A stretch of 64,000 nucleotides of DNA from Alphaproteobacteria bacterium (GTDB lineage: Bacteria; Pseudomonadota; Alphaproteobacteria; JAAXGF01). The notes beneath the pieces were generated by a model. The model saw nothing but the letters and a program-made list of their open reading frames with translations, searched no databases and was not told the origin of the DNA. The stretch covers positions 992,001 through 1,056,000 of the forward strand of contig CAUVXB020000001.1 of the NCBI GenBank assembly GCA_963555825.3, written 5' to 3'. Both the position numbers and the translations under genes were made by a program. Of this stretch, positions 29,984-39,156 are shown piece after piece; the first letter of the stretch is position 1, and every line of letters starts with the position of its first letter.

Positions 29984-31157
29984 TACCGACTCCGCCTGAA
30001 TGATTCGGTTGCGACGGATTCCCGTTGGAATCGGAAAGGGTTAGGATCCGTAGTCATGATTCGCGGAGGGGCGGGACATGGCGCATGTCGAGGAACATTT
30101 GCAGCTTTCTGAGTTGGAGGGACGGTATCGCTCGGCGTCGGAGGCGACGGAGGCGCGGCACTTCCAGGTGATCTGGCTTTTGGCCAAAGGCCATACGGTT
30201 CGCGAAGTGTCGGAGATGACGAGTTTCGGCCAACGCTGGCTCGAACAATTGCTTTCTCGCTACAACAAGCTCGGCCCGTCGTCGCTGGGCGATCGTCGAC
30301 GCTCGAACGGCTCCGAGGCGACGATCCTGAAGCCGGAAGTCCTGGCGGTGTTGAAAGAGCGCCTGAAAAAGCCGCCGGCGGACGGCGGCTTGTGGTCTGG
30401 GCCGAAGGTGGCGGCTTGGATGGCGGGCGAACTGGGCTTGGAGACGGTGGCGCCGCAACGGGGCTGGGAGGCGCTGAAGGCAGTCGAGTGGAGTTTGCAG
30501 GTGCCCAGGCCGAACAACCCCGGGGCGGCGAGCGAGGAAGAACGCCAGGCGTTTAAAAAAAACTTCACCGCCTGGTCGCGGAAGAAGCCGAGCGCCACCC
30601 CGGCACGCCGATCGAAGTCTTCGCCAGCGACGAACACCGGCTCGGTCTGAAGCCATTGGCCCGGCGCTGCTGGGCGCCGCGCGGGATGCGCCCGGTGGCG
30701 CTCGGCCACCACCGCTTCAAATGGCTCTACGTCACCGCCCTCGTCTCGCCGACCAGCGGAGAGACCTTTTGGTACATCTCCAATTGTGTCTCCAAGCCAT
30801 TCTTCGAGAAGCTGCTCGCCCTCTTCGCCCGCGAGGCCGGCGCTGGGCAGAGCCGCATCATCATCCTGGTGATCGACGGCGCCGGGTGGCACACGGCGCC
30901 GAACCTCACGGTGCCGGAAGGCCTCCACCTCGTCTACTTGCCGCCCTATACGCCCCAGCTGCAACCGGCCGAATGTCTCTGGCCCGTACTCGACGAGCCG
31001 GTCGCAAACAGACACTTCGAGACCATCGAGGAACTCGACGCCGTCGTCGCCCGGCGCTGCCTCACTCTCGATGCCAATCCCGAACTCTTCAAGGGGCGTA
31101 TCGACTTCCACTGGTGGCCCAAAACCATCTATCCGAACTGATCAGCCGGATGCGGTA
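29984..31157 (+). mobile_element. IS630-family insertion sequence, 1174 bp, flanked by TGA direct repeats
   Basis: Imperfect 25-bp terminal IRs (TACCGACTCCGCCTGAATGATTCGG vs TACCGCATCCGGCTGATCAGTTCGG, 18/25). TGA at 29981-29983 and 31158-31160. Carries an HTH ORF and a DDE ORF. Confidence 0.93.
30078..31141 (+). CDS. IS630 transposase, joined by a -1 frameshift at about 30557-30563 (~354 aa)
   Basis: OrfA 30078-30650 is HTH-like (PPADGGLW, VPRP). The -1 frame carries DEHRLG / DGAGWH / LPPYTPQLQPAE. The two are linked by TTT AAA AAA AAC. Confidence 0.88.
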
Positions 31158-31710
31158 TGACATGCTTCATCTCCGACGCCCGGCGCAGCGGGTTGCCGTG
31201 GCCGTAGCGCACGCCGTGGCGTTCGTCGACGAAATCGAGATGGGCGTCGATGTGGATGATGTGCACCGGCTCCTGATCGTCGAACGCCTTGATGCACGGA
31301 ATGTGCACGGAGTGATCGCCGCCCAGCGCCACCGGCAGCGCACCCGACGCCAATATCTTGCGCATCGCGAACTCGGCGTTGTCGAGGCTTTTGATGGTGT
31401 CGGTGTGGATCATGTCGGCGTCACCGATGTCGACGATGCGCACCTTGTCGGTCGGCAGGTAGACCGCGTCGTCCTCGTGGTCGTAGGCGCCGCCGTGACC
31501 GAAGGAAAACAGCGTCGACGCCTCGCGGATGGCGCGCGGGCCGAAGCGCGCGCCGGCACGGTACTGCGTGCCCATGTCGAAGGGGATGCCGAGCACCGCG
31601 ACATCGGCGTCGATGTTGTCCCAGTCCAGGCAAGCGGGCTGCTTGCCGAAGGTGCAGTGCCCGACGAAGGGCAGGTTGAGCCGCCCCGTTTCGTAGCCAT
31701 GATCGGCCAT
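31158..31710 (-). pseudogene. agmatinase/ureohydrolase-family gene, 5' part (split by IS630)
   Basis: MADHGYETGRLNLPFVG..., GIPFD, GARFGPRAIR, GGDHS, IDAHLD; GGAG RBS before ATG 31710. Confidence 0.92.
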
Positions 31711-31745
31711 TATTTTCTCCCCGTCCGCGTCACCATCGCCGGAGT

Positions 31746-32285
31746 TTACAACATACCCCGCATCCACGGCGGCTCGAGTGCTGCGATGCGCGCGAAGACC
31801 GGGCAGCTTGCTTCGTGCGCGCCGGGCAGATAACCGCTGCTCATCAGGAACTCGCCCACGATCTCGCCGCCGGTGAACAGGAAGGTCTTCTTGAACAGCT
31901 TGACCCAGTCGGCATGCGCTGCCGGGTGGTGTGCGTCGACCCAGCCTTTGAAGCCGCCGAACTCGGCGCGCAAATCGACGATGCGCCGCGCGTTCTCGAT
32001 CGCCGCGTTGACCTTCAGGCGGTTGCGGATGATGCCGGCGTCGGCGAGCAGTCGTGCGCGGTCGGCCTCGTCGAAGGCGGCGACGGCGTCGATATCGAAG
32101 CCGGCGTAGGCCGCCTTGAAGGCCGCGCGTTTCTTCAAGACCGTCAGCCACGAGAGACCAGCCTGGTTGATCTCGAGGACCAAGCGCTCGAACAACGCGG
32201 CCTCGTCGGCCAGCGGAAAGCCATATTCGGTGTCGTGGTAGGGTCCGTGGAACGGGTGTCCCGGGGCGGCGTCACAATAGCTCAT
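31746..32285 (-). CDS. tag: DNA-3-methyladenine glycosylase I
   Basis: YHDTEYG, LFERLVLEINQAGLSW, GIIRNRLK, C-terminal HEASC zinc ligands. Confidence 0.9.
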   Translation of the reverse strand: MSYCDAAPGHPFHGPYHDTEYGFPLADEAALFERLVLEINQAGLSWLTVLKKRAAFKAAYAGFDIDAVAAFDEADRARLLADAGIIRNRLKVNAAIENARRIVDLRAEFGGFKGWVDAHHPAAHADWVKLFKKTFLFTGGEIVGEFLMSSGYLPGAHEASCPVFARIAALEPPWMRGML

Positions 32286-32530
32286 TGGTCTTGCATGTAC
32301 TCGCGGAAGCCGATCAGATCATATTCGACGGCGGCGGCCACGGCGCCCGTGATCGTCACGGCGATCGCCGTGGTGATCGCCGCCTTGATCCAGAGCCTCG
32401 GTTTCTCCGGCGCGCTCGGCGCATGACCCGGCTCGGGCTCGTCGGGCGGGTGCACGCCGAACGGCAGGGTCATGAAGAAGACCAGCCACCAGACGATGAA
32501 GAAGACGACGAAGGCACCGAACGGCTCCAT
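32282..32530 (-). CDS. DUF1467 family small membrane protein
   Basis: WWLVFFMTLPFGV...PGHAPSAP..P; conserved position after mce. Confidence 0.85.
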   Translation of the reverse strand: MEPFGAFVVFFIVWWLVFFMTLPFGVHPPDEPEPGHAPSAPEKPRLWIKAAITTAIAVTITGAVAAAVEYDLIGFREYMQDQ

Positions 32531-32533
32531 CGC

Positions 32534-32938
32534 TCAGGCCTGCTCGATCTCGATCAGAGTGCCGCAGAAATCCTTCGGGTGCAGGAACAGCACCGGCTTG
32601 CCGTGGGCGCCGATCCGGGGTTCGCCGTCGCCCAGCACCCGCGCGCCCGCCGCCTTCAGGTGGTCGCGCGCGGCGAGGATATCGTCGACCTCGAAGCAGA
32701 CGTGGTGCATGCCGCCCGACGGGTTGCGCTCGAGGAACGGCGCGACGGGCGACGCGTCGCCGAGCGGGCACAGCAGCTCGATCTTGGCGTTGGGCAGCTC
32801 GACGAACACGGTGGTCACGCCATGCTCGGGCATGTCGACCGGAGCCGACACGGTCGCGCCCAGCGCATCGCGGTAGAGCGCGCAGGCGGCACCGAGGTCG
32901 GGGACGACGATGGCGACGTGATTGAGACGGCCGATCAT
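32534..32938 (-). CDS. mce: methylmalonyl-CoA epimerase
   Basis: MIGRLNHVAIVVPDL, GGMHHVC, GAHGKPVLFLHPKDF, IEIEQ. Confidence 0.93.
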   Translation of the reverse strand: MIGRLNHVAIVVPDLGAACALYRDALGATVSAPVDMPEHGVTTVFVELPNAKIELLCPLGDASPVAPFLERNPSGGMHHVCFEVDDILAARDHLKAAGARVLGDGEPRIGAHGKPVLFLHPKDFCGTLIEIEQA

Positions 32939-32951
32939 TGACTCGTTTCTC

Positions 32952-34637
32952 CTAGATACGGACGACCTGAACCTCGACCACCGGGCGCTTGTCGCGTTCC
33001 GGCTTGAGCACCCGGCGCGCCGCGATGCGCGCCGCCTCGCCGACCGTCTCGTCGTTGTTGCGGGCGCGCGGCGGCAGCGCCGCGAGTGCCGTGCGGACGG
33101 CGTCGGCCGCGTCGATCAGCGCCACCTCGCCCTCCTCATCGGGGTCATCGGTACTGAACACGCCCTGGGCGACGACGCGCGGCTCGGCCATCAGCGTGCC
33201 ATCGCCGTCGAGCACCAGAGTTACGAAAGCGACGCCGTTGTTCATCAATCGACGCCGCGCGCGGATGACGTCGCTTTCGGTGCTGAGCAGCCTTTTGCCG
33301 TCAAGGAGCAGGCGCCCCGAATGGACGTGATCGACGACCTCGGCCGGCCCCGGCGCGAGCCTCAGGAGGTCGCCGTTCTCGACGACCACCGATTCGGGCA
33401 CCTGTAGCGTTCGCGCATAGCGCGCGTGCTCCAGCAGATGGCGCGCCTCGCCGTGCACCGGCACCGAGATTCGCGGCTGCACCCATTGGTACATCTGCGC
33501 CAGCTCGTCGCGGCACGGATGGCCGGAGACGTGGATGTCATGGTCGTCCTCGGTCATGATCTCGACGCCGAGCCCGATCAGGCGGTTTTGCAGGCGGTTG
33601 ATGGCGAGTTCGTTGCCCGGAATGATCTTCGACGAAAAGATCACCGTGTCGCCCTCGCCCAGGGTGATATGCGGGTGGTTGTTTGAGGCGATGCGCGAGA
33701 GCGCCGCGCGTGGTTCGCCCTGGCACCCGGTGCACAGATAGAGCACCTTGTCGGGCGGCAGGAGCCCGCCGTCGCGATCGGTCAGCAGGGGCGGCAGGTC
33801 TTCGAGATAACCGGTCACCCTCGCCGCCTCGGTGATACGCCACAGCGAGCGGCCGACCAGCGCAACATGCCGACCGGCCGCCTCGGCCGCCGCGACGATG
33901 GTCGCGACGCGCGCGACGTTCGAGGCGAAACAGCCGACGGCGACACGGCCGGTGAGGCCACCGATCAGTTCGATCAGGTTCGCGCGCACGTCGGCCTCGG
34001 ACCCCGACTCCCCGGCGCGAAAGACATTGGTCGAATCGCAGACCATGGCGAGCACGCCGTCGTCGGCCCAGCGGCGCAACGCGGCCTCGTCGGTCACCGC
34101 GCCGACCAGCGGGTCGGGGTCGATCTTCCAGTCTCCGGTGTGCAGTACGGTGCCGGCCGGCGTCTTGATCGCCAGGGCATTGGGCTCGGGGATCGAATGG
34201 GTCAGCGAGATGAACTCGATTTCGTAGGGGCCGAGCGTGAGGCTGCCGCCAAGCGGCACCTCGGTGATCACAAGGTCCTCGATGCCCGCCATCATACCGT
34301 CGCCGCCGGCGAGCTTGCGGCGCAACACCTCGGCCGCGAAGGGCGTGGCGTAGACCGGACAGCGCAGTTGTGTCCAAAGGTAGGGGACGGCGCCCAGATG
34401 GTCCTCGTGGGCGTGGGTCAGCACGATGCCGAGCAAGTCGTCGCGATGCTCGACAATGAAGCCCGGATCGGGCAGCACGACGTCGATGCCGGGCAGCGAA
34501 TCGTCGGCGAAGGTGATGCCGAGATCGACCATTAGCCACTGGCCGTCATAGCAGTAGAGGTTGAGATTCATGCCGATCTCGCCGGCCCCGCCGAGTGGCA
34601 GGAAGAGGAGCTCGGCAGGTTCCCCACCAGGGTTCAT
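32952..34637 (-). CDS. rnj: ribonuclease J
   Basis: [42 protein letters not shown]. Start moved to ATG 34637. Confidence 0.95.
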   Translation of the reverse strand: MNPGGEPAELLFLPLGGAGEIGMNLNLYCYDGQWLMVDLGITFADDSLPGIDVVLPDPGFIVEHRDDLLGIVLTHAHEDHLGAVPYLWTQLRCPVYATPFAAEVLRRKLAGGDGMMAGIEDLVITEVPLGGSLTLGPYEIEFISLTHSIPEPNALAIKTPAGTVLHTGDWKIDPDPLVGAVTDEAALRRWADDGVLAMVCDSTNVFRAGESGSEADVRANLIELIGGLTGRVAVGCFASNVARVATIVAAAEAAGRHVALVGRSLWRITEAARVTGYLEDLPPLLTDRDGGLLPPDKVLYLCTGCQGEPRAALSRIASNNHPHITLGEGDTVIFSSKIIPGNELAINRLQNRLIGLGVEIMTEDDHDIHVSGHPCRDELAQMYQWVQPRISVPVHGEARHLLEHARYARTLQVPESVVVENGDLLRLAPGPAEVVDHVHSGRLLLDGKRLLSTESDVIRARRRLMNNGVAFVTLVLDGDGTLMAEPRVVAQGVFSTDDPDEEGEVALIDAADAVRTALAALPPRARNNDETVGEAARIAARRVLKPERDKRPVVEVQVVRI

Positions 34638-35422
34638 CGGGCGGCACCGCTGTTGAGGCGGTAGATTTCCAGCAGGCCGCGCATGGTGAGGTCGGCGTCG
34701 ACCAGCTCGATGGCCTCGGTCGCCGCATGGAACAGGGGCGCCAGGCCGCCGGTGGCGATCACCGTCATGGGCTCGCCGAACTCCGTCTTGATTCGCGCAA
34801 CCAGGCCCTCGATGAGGCCGACATAGCCCCAGTAGACGCCGGACTGCATCATCGGCGTGGTCGCCGTGCCGATCACCGCCTGGGGCTTCTTGGCGGCCAC
34901 TCGGGGTAATTGGGCGGCGGCCATGTGCAACGCCTCGAGGGACAGGTTGATGCCCGGCGCGATGGCGCCGCCACGATAGGCGCCGGAGGCGTCGACCACG
35001 TCGAAGGTGGTCGCAGTGCCGAAGTCGATGACGATCAGCGCGCCGGGATAGCGGCTGTGGGCGGCCACCGCGTTGACCACCCGGTCGGCGCCCACCTCGT
35101 GCGGGTTGTCGACGGCAAGCTCGGCGCCGACGTCGGCGTTCTCGCCGACGATCAGTGGTTCGCAGCCGTAGAAGCGCTGGCACAGGGCGCGCAGGTGGAA
35201 CACGGTCTCGGGCACCACGCTGGCGATGATGGCCGCGCCGATTTGCTTGTGGTCGATGTCGTCGAGGCCGAGGAGCTGGATCAGCCAGACGGCATACTCG
35301 TCGGCGGTGCGGTCGGCGCGGGTCGCGGCCCGCCACTGGCCGCGCTGCTCGTCGCCATCGTAGACTGCGAACACCGTATTGGTGTTGCCGGCGTCGACGG
35401 CGAGCAGAAATCCGCCGCTCAT
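34634..35422 (-). CDS. coaX: type III pantothenate kinase
   Basis: [25 protein letters not shown]. Confidence 0.94.
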   Translation of the reverse strand: MSGGFLLAVDAGNTNTVFAVYDGDEQRGQWRAATRADRTADEYAVWLIQLLGLDDIDHKQIGAAIIASVVPETVFHLRALCQRFYGCEPLIVGENADVGAELAVDNPHEVGADRVVNAVAAHSRYPGALIVIDFGTATTFDVVDASGAYRGGAIAPGINLSLEALHMAAAQLPRVAAKKPQAVIGTATTPMMQSGVYWGYVGLIEGLVARIKTEFGEPMTVIATGGLAPLFHAATEAIELVDADLTMRGLLEIYRLNSGAAR

Positions 35423-36183
35423 GCCGCACCACCGAAGAAGACGTCGCCGGTGTGGACGGTGCGCAGGCTGCCGTCGACCATCTCGACGATCAGCGCGCCG
35501 GTCTCGTCGATGTCGGCGAAGATGCCCTCGATCTCCTCGTCGTCGAGCGTGACCGTGATCGCCTCGCCGACACCCTTGGCGTAGCGCATGACCTCCTCGC
35601 GGATCGGCGCGAAGCCGCCCTCGACCCATGTGTTGGCGCGGGTCTGGAAGTGGCGCGCGAAGCCTTCCAACACCTCGCCCGGCGTCACCTCGCCGCAACC
35701 CTCGGCGCGCAGCGCGGTGGCCGGAATGTTGGGGTCGTCGGGCGCGCTGGCGACATTGACGCCCATGCCGACGATCAACCAATCGAGCGCGTCCGGTCCG
35801 GTCGTCGACGCCTCGAGCAGGATGCCCGCTACCTTGCGTCCGTTGAGCAGCACGTCGTTGGGCCATTTGAAATCGATTTGGCTGTGCGGCGCGACCAGCA
35901 TGTTCAAGGCGCCGGTCAGGGCCATCGCGGCGACGAACGAGAGTTGCGCCGCTTCGCCGGGCGGACAGTCCGGTCGCAGAAGCAGAGAAATGTACAGATT
36001 GCCCTCGGGCGACGCCCAGTCACGGCCACGCCGGCCGCGGCCCATGCGCTGGCTGAGGCCCCAGACCAGTGTGCCCTCCTCGGCGCCGCCTTCGGCGAGC
36101 CGTCTGGCCTCGTCGTTCGTGCTGTCGACCTCGTCGAGCACCACCAGCCTGAAGGCCGGCGGCAACTGTACGTCCCGGGTCAC
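35419..36183 (-). CDS. birA: biotin--[acetyl-CoA carboxylase] ligase (no HTH domain)
   Basis: [24 protein letters not shown]; GTG start overlaps the nuoN stop. Confidence 0.93.
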   Translation of the reverse strand: MTRDVQLPPAFRLVVLDEVDSTNDEARRLAEGGAEEGTLVWGLSQRMGRGRRGRDWASPEGNLYISLLLRPDCPPGEAAQLSFVAAMALTGALNMLVAPHSQIDFKWPNDVLLNGRKVAGILLEASTTGPDALDWLIVGMGVNVASAPDDPNIPATALRAEGCGEVTPGEVLEGFARHFQTRANTWVEGGFAPIREEVMRYAKGVGEAITVTLDDEEIEGIFADIDETGALIVEMVDGSLRTVHTGDVFFGGAA

Positions 36184-37619
36184 GGCATCAAGGCGGATGC
36201 CGCTGCCTGCGCCGCCTGCAGCAGCTCGGTCGGCCATGCGAAGAAGAGCAGCGTGAACAGCGTCGTCGCAGCGACGATGATGCTGAGTTCGCGGCCGATC
36301 GGCCGGTCGAACGGGTCGGCCGGTTCGTCGAAGTACATCACCTTGACGATGCGCATGTAATAGAACGCCGCCACCACGCTGCTCAGCAAGCCGATCACAG
36401 CGAGGCCGTAGAGCCCGGCATCGATCGCCGCGAGGAAGACGAAATATTTGCCGAAGAAGCCGGCGAGCGGCGGAATACCGGCCATGGCGAACATGAAGAC
36501 GGCGAGCGCGAAGGCGAGCAGCGGGTTGGTGCGCGACAACCCGGCCAGCTCGTCGATGCCCTCGACCATGCGGTCCTGGCGGCGCATCGCCAGGATGCAG
36601 CCGAACGCGCCGACGCTCATCATCAGATATATCGCCATGTAGATGATGACGCCGTGCACGCCGGCGCCGGTGCCGGCCGCCAGACCGACCAGCGCATAGC
36701 CGACATGGCCGATCGAGGAGTAGGCCATCAGGCGCTTGATGTTCGACTGGCCGATCGCGGCGAAGGCGCCGAGCAGCATCGAGGCGATCGAGACGAAGAC
36801 GATGATCTGCTGCCACTGGGCGGCCAACTCGCCGAACGGCTGCATGGTGACGCGCAGCAGAAGCGCGATGGCGGCGATCTTGGGCGCCACCGAGAAGAAC
36901 GCGGTCACCGGCGTCGGCGCGCCCTCGTAGACGTCTGGCGTCCACATGTGGAACGGCACTGCCGAGATCTTGAAGGCGAGACCGGCGGCGATGAACACGA
37001 TGCCGACGACGACGCCGATCGACACATCGCCGTGGGCGCCGGCGAAATGGTCGGCCAGCGCATCGAAGCGCGTCGTGCCGCTAAAACCATAGACCAGCGA
37101 GCAGCCATAGAGGAGCATCCCGGAGGCGAGCGCGCCGAGCACGAAATACTTGAGCCCGGCCTCCGTCGAGCGCAGCGAATCGCGCTGGAACGCGGCGACG
37201 ACGTAGAGCGCCAGGCTCTGCAACTCGAGGCCGACATAGAGCGACATGAGGTCGTTGGCCGACACCATCATCATCATACCGAGCGTCGCCAACAGCAAGA
37301 GAACCGGGAACTCGAAGCGTTCCATGTTCTCGCGCCGGATGAAGCCGAGCGACATGATCAGCGTCAGCCCGGCGCCGATCAGCACCAGGAGCTTCATGAA
37401 TATGGCGAAGTCGTCGACCACGAACAATCCGTCGAAGGTCGTCGTCGTGGGTGACGATGGGCCGGCGATCAGTATATAGGCGACGATGAACGAGGCGACG
37501 ACCAGGCCCGAGATCGTGCGCGTCGCGCGGTGGCCGCGGAAGGCGCCGAACATCAACAGCCCCATGGCGGCGAGCGCGAGCCAGATTTCGGCGAGGACCG
37601 GGGTCAGCAAGGCCGCCAT
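36180..37619 (-). CDS. nuoN: NADH-quinone oxidoreductase subunit N
   Basis: [35 protein letters not shown]. Confidence 0.96.
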   Translation of the reverse strand: MAALLTPVLAEIWLALAAMGLLMFGAFRGHRATRTISGLVVASFIVAYILIAGPSSPTTTTFDGLFVVDDFAIFMKLLVLIGAGLTLIMSLGFIRRENMERFEFPVLLLLATLGMMMMVSANDLMSLYVGLELQSLALYVVAAFQRDSLRSTEAGLKYFVLGALASGMLLYGCSLVYGFSGTTRFDALADHFAGAHGDVSIGVVVGIVFIAAGLAFKISAVPFHMWTPDVYEGAPTPVTAFFSVAPKIAAIALLLRVTMQPFGELAAQWQQIIVFVSIASMLLGAFAAIGQSNIKRLMAYSSIGHVGYALVGLAAGTGAGVHGVIIYMAIYLMMSVGAFGCILAMRRQDRMVEGIDELAGLSRTNPLLAFALAVFMFAMAGIPPLAGFFGKYFVFLAAIDAGLYGLAVIGLLSSVVAAFYYMRIVKVMYFDEPADPFDRPIGRELSIIVAATTLFTLLFFAWPTELLQAAQAAASALMP

Positions 37620-37628
37620 CGTCGCCTC

Positions 37629-39146
37629 CTAGCGTCCGACCAGCGCCGTCGCGACGCTGGTCACGCTCGGCGCGCCGCCGGCCTGAACGATCAGATTTTC
37701 GACCGAAACGCGGAGCACCGAGAGGAAGATCTCGGGATAAACGCCCATCACCATCACCGCAACGACCATCGGCGCGAAGATCACGATCTCGCGGCGGTCC
37801 ATGTCGAGAATGTCTTTCAGGTGATCCTTGGTCAGGTTGCCGAACACGACGCGGCGGTAGAGCCACAGCATGTAGGCCGGGCCGAGGATTATGCCGGTCA
37901 TCGCCAGCATGGCGACCCAGGTGTTGACCTGATAGACGCCAACCAGCGCGAGGAATTCGCCGACGAAGCCGGACGTCCCCGGCAGGCCAACCGACGCCAG
38001 GGTGAACAGCAGGAAGACGAAGGCGTACACCGGCATGCGGTGGACCAGGCCGCCGTAATGGGCAATGTCGCGCGAATGGCAGCGGTCGTAGATCACGCCG
38101 ACGCAAAGGAACAGCGCGGCCGAGACGACACCGTGGCTGAGCATGAGCAGGAGCGCGCCCTCGATGCCTTGCGTGTTGAACGAGAAGATGCCGATCGTCA
38201 CGAACCCCATATGGGCGACCGACGAATAGGCGATCAGCTTCTTCATGTCCTCCTGCGCCAGCGCGACCAGCGAGGTGTAGATCACGGCGACGACGCTGAG
38301 CGTGAAGATCAATGGCGTGAAGAACGCGCTCGCCTCGGGCAGCATGGGCAGCGAGAAGCGGATGAAACCGTAAGCGCCGTATTTCAAGAGCACGCCGGCC
38401 AGCACCATCGAACCCGCCGTCGGCGCCTCGACATGGGCGTCGGGCAGCCAGGTATGCACCGGCCACATCGGCACCTTGACGGCGAACGACGCGAACAGCC
38501 CGAGCCATAGCCAATACTGCATGTCGACCGGAAAGTCGGTCGCCATCAGCGTCGGGATGTCGGTCGTGCCGGCGACGAAGTACATCGCCAGGATGGCGAG
38601 CAGCAGCAGCACCGAGCCGAGCAGCGTGTAGAGGAAGAACTTGAACGCCGAGTAAACGCGGCGCGGCCCACCCCAGATGCCGATCAACAGGAACATCGGG
38701 ATCAGCGTGCCTTCGAAGAACAGGTAAAAGAGCACGAAATCGAGCGACGAGAAGACGCCGACCATCATCGTCTCGAGCACCAGGAAGGTGATCATGTATT
38801 CCTTCACGCGGCTCTCGATCGCACGCCAGCTGGCGAGGATGCAAATCGGCGTCAGGAAGGTGCTCAAGAGCACAAAGAACAGCGTGATGCCGTCGATGCC
38901 GACGTGATAGGCGATGTTGAAGTCGGGAATCCATGGGACGCGCTGGACGAATTGGAACTCGGCCGTCGTTTTATCGAAACCGAGCCACAACAGCAGCGAC
39001 AGGACGAAGGTGATCAGCGAGGTCCAGAGCGCGACGTTGCGGGCATTGCGCGCGACGATCGCATCTTCGCCCCGGATAAACGCGATCAACAGCGCACCGA
39101 CCAGCGGCAGGAAGATCGTCAGGGAAATAATCGGAAGTTCGGTCAT
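37629..39146 (-). CDS. nuoM: NADH-quinone oxidoreductase subunit M
   Basis: VKVPMWPVHTWLPDAHVEAPT, KKLIAYSSVAHMG. Start moved to ATG 39146. Confidence 0.96.
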   Translation of the reverse strand: MTELPIISLTIFLPLVGALLIAFIRGEDAIVARNARNVALWTSLITFVLSLLLWLGFDKTTAEFQFVQRVPWIPDFNIAYHVGIDGITLFFVLLSTFLTPICILASWRAIESRVKEYMITFLVLETMMVGVFSSLDFVLFYLFFEGTLIPMFLLIGIWGGPRRVYSAFKFFLYTLLGSVLLLLAILAMYFVAGTTDIPTLMATDFPVDMQYWLWLGLFASFAVKVPMWPVHTWLPDAHVEAPTAGSMVLAGVLLKYGAYGFIRFSLPMLPEASAFFTPLIFTLSVVAVIYTSLVALAQEDMKKLIAYSSVAHMGFVTIGIFSFNTQGIEGALLLMLSHGVVSAALFLCVGVIYDRCHSRDIAHYGGLVHRMPVYAFVFLLFTLASVGLPGTSGFVGEFLALVGVYQVNTWVAMLAMTGIILGPAYMLWLYRRVVFGNLTKDHLKDILDMDRREIVIFAPMVVAVMVMGVYPEIFLSVLRVSVENLIVQAGGAPSVTSVATALVGR

Positions 39147-39156
39147 GGTTCGACCC

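Noticed and set aside
29984-31157. Canonical TA target duplication for the IS
   Set aside because: The empty site would carry 5 extra nt and frameshift the host gene; only the TGA model restores the frame.
31129-32151. 340-aa ORF as an intact gene
   Set aside because: Its N-terminus is an off-frame overlap with tag, the real start is 31710, and its C-terminus is read-through into the IS.
32952-36945. Apparent N-terminal extensions or fusions on rnj (826 aa), coaX (410 aa) and birA (508 aa); likewise dxr, lpxB, nuoE, nuoJ, nnr and MCD
   Set aside because: The ORF caller took the furthest upstream start; the extensions are Arg-rich off-frame readings of the upstream gene.
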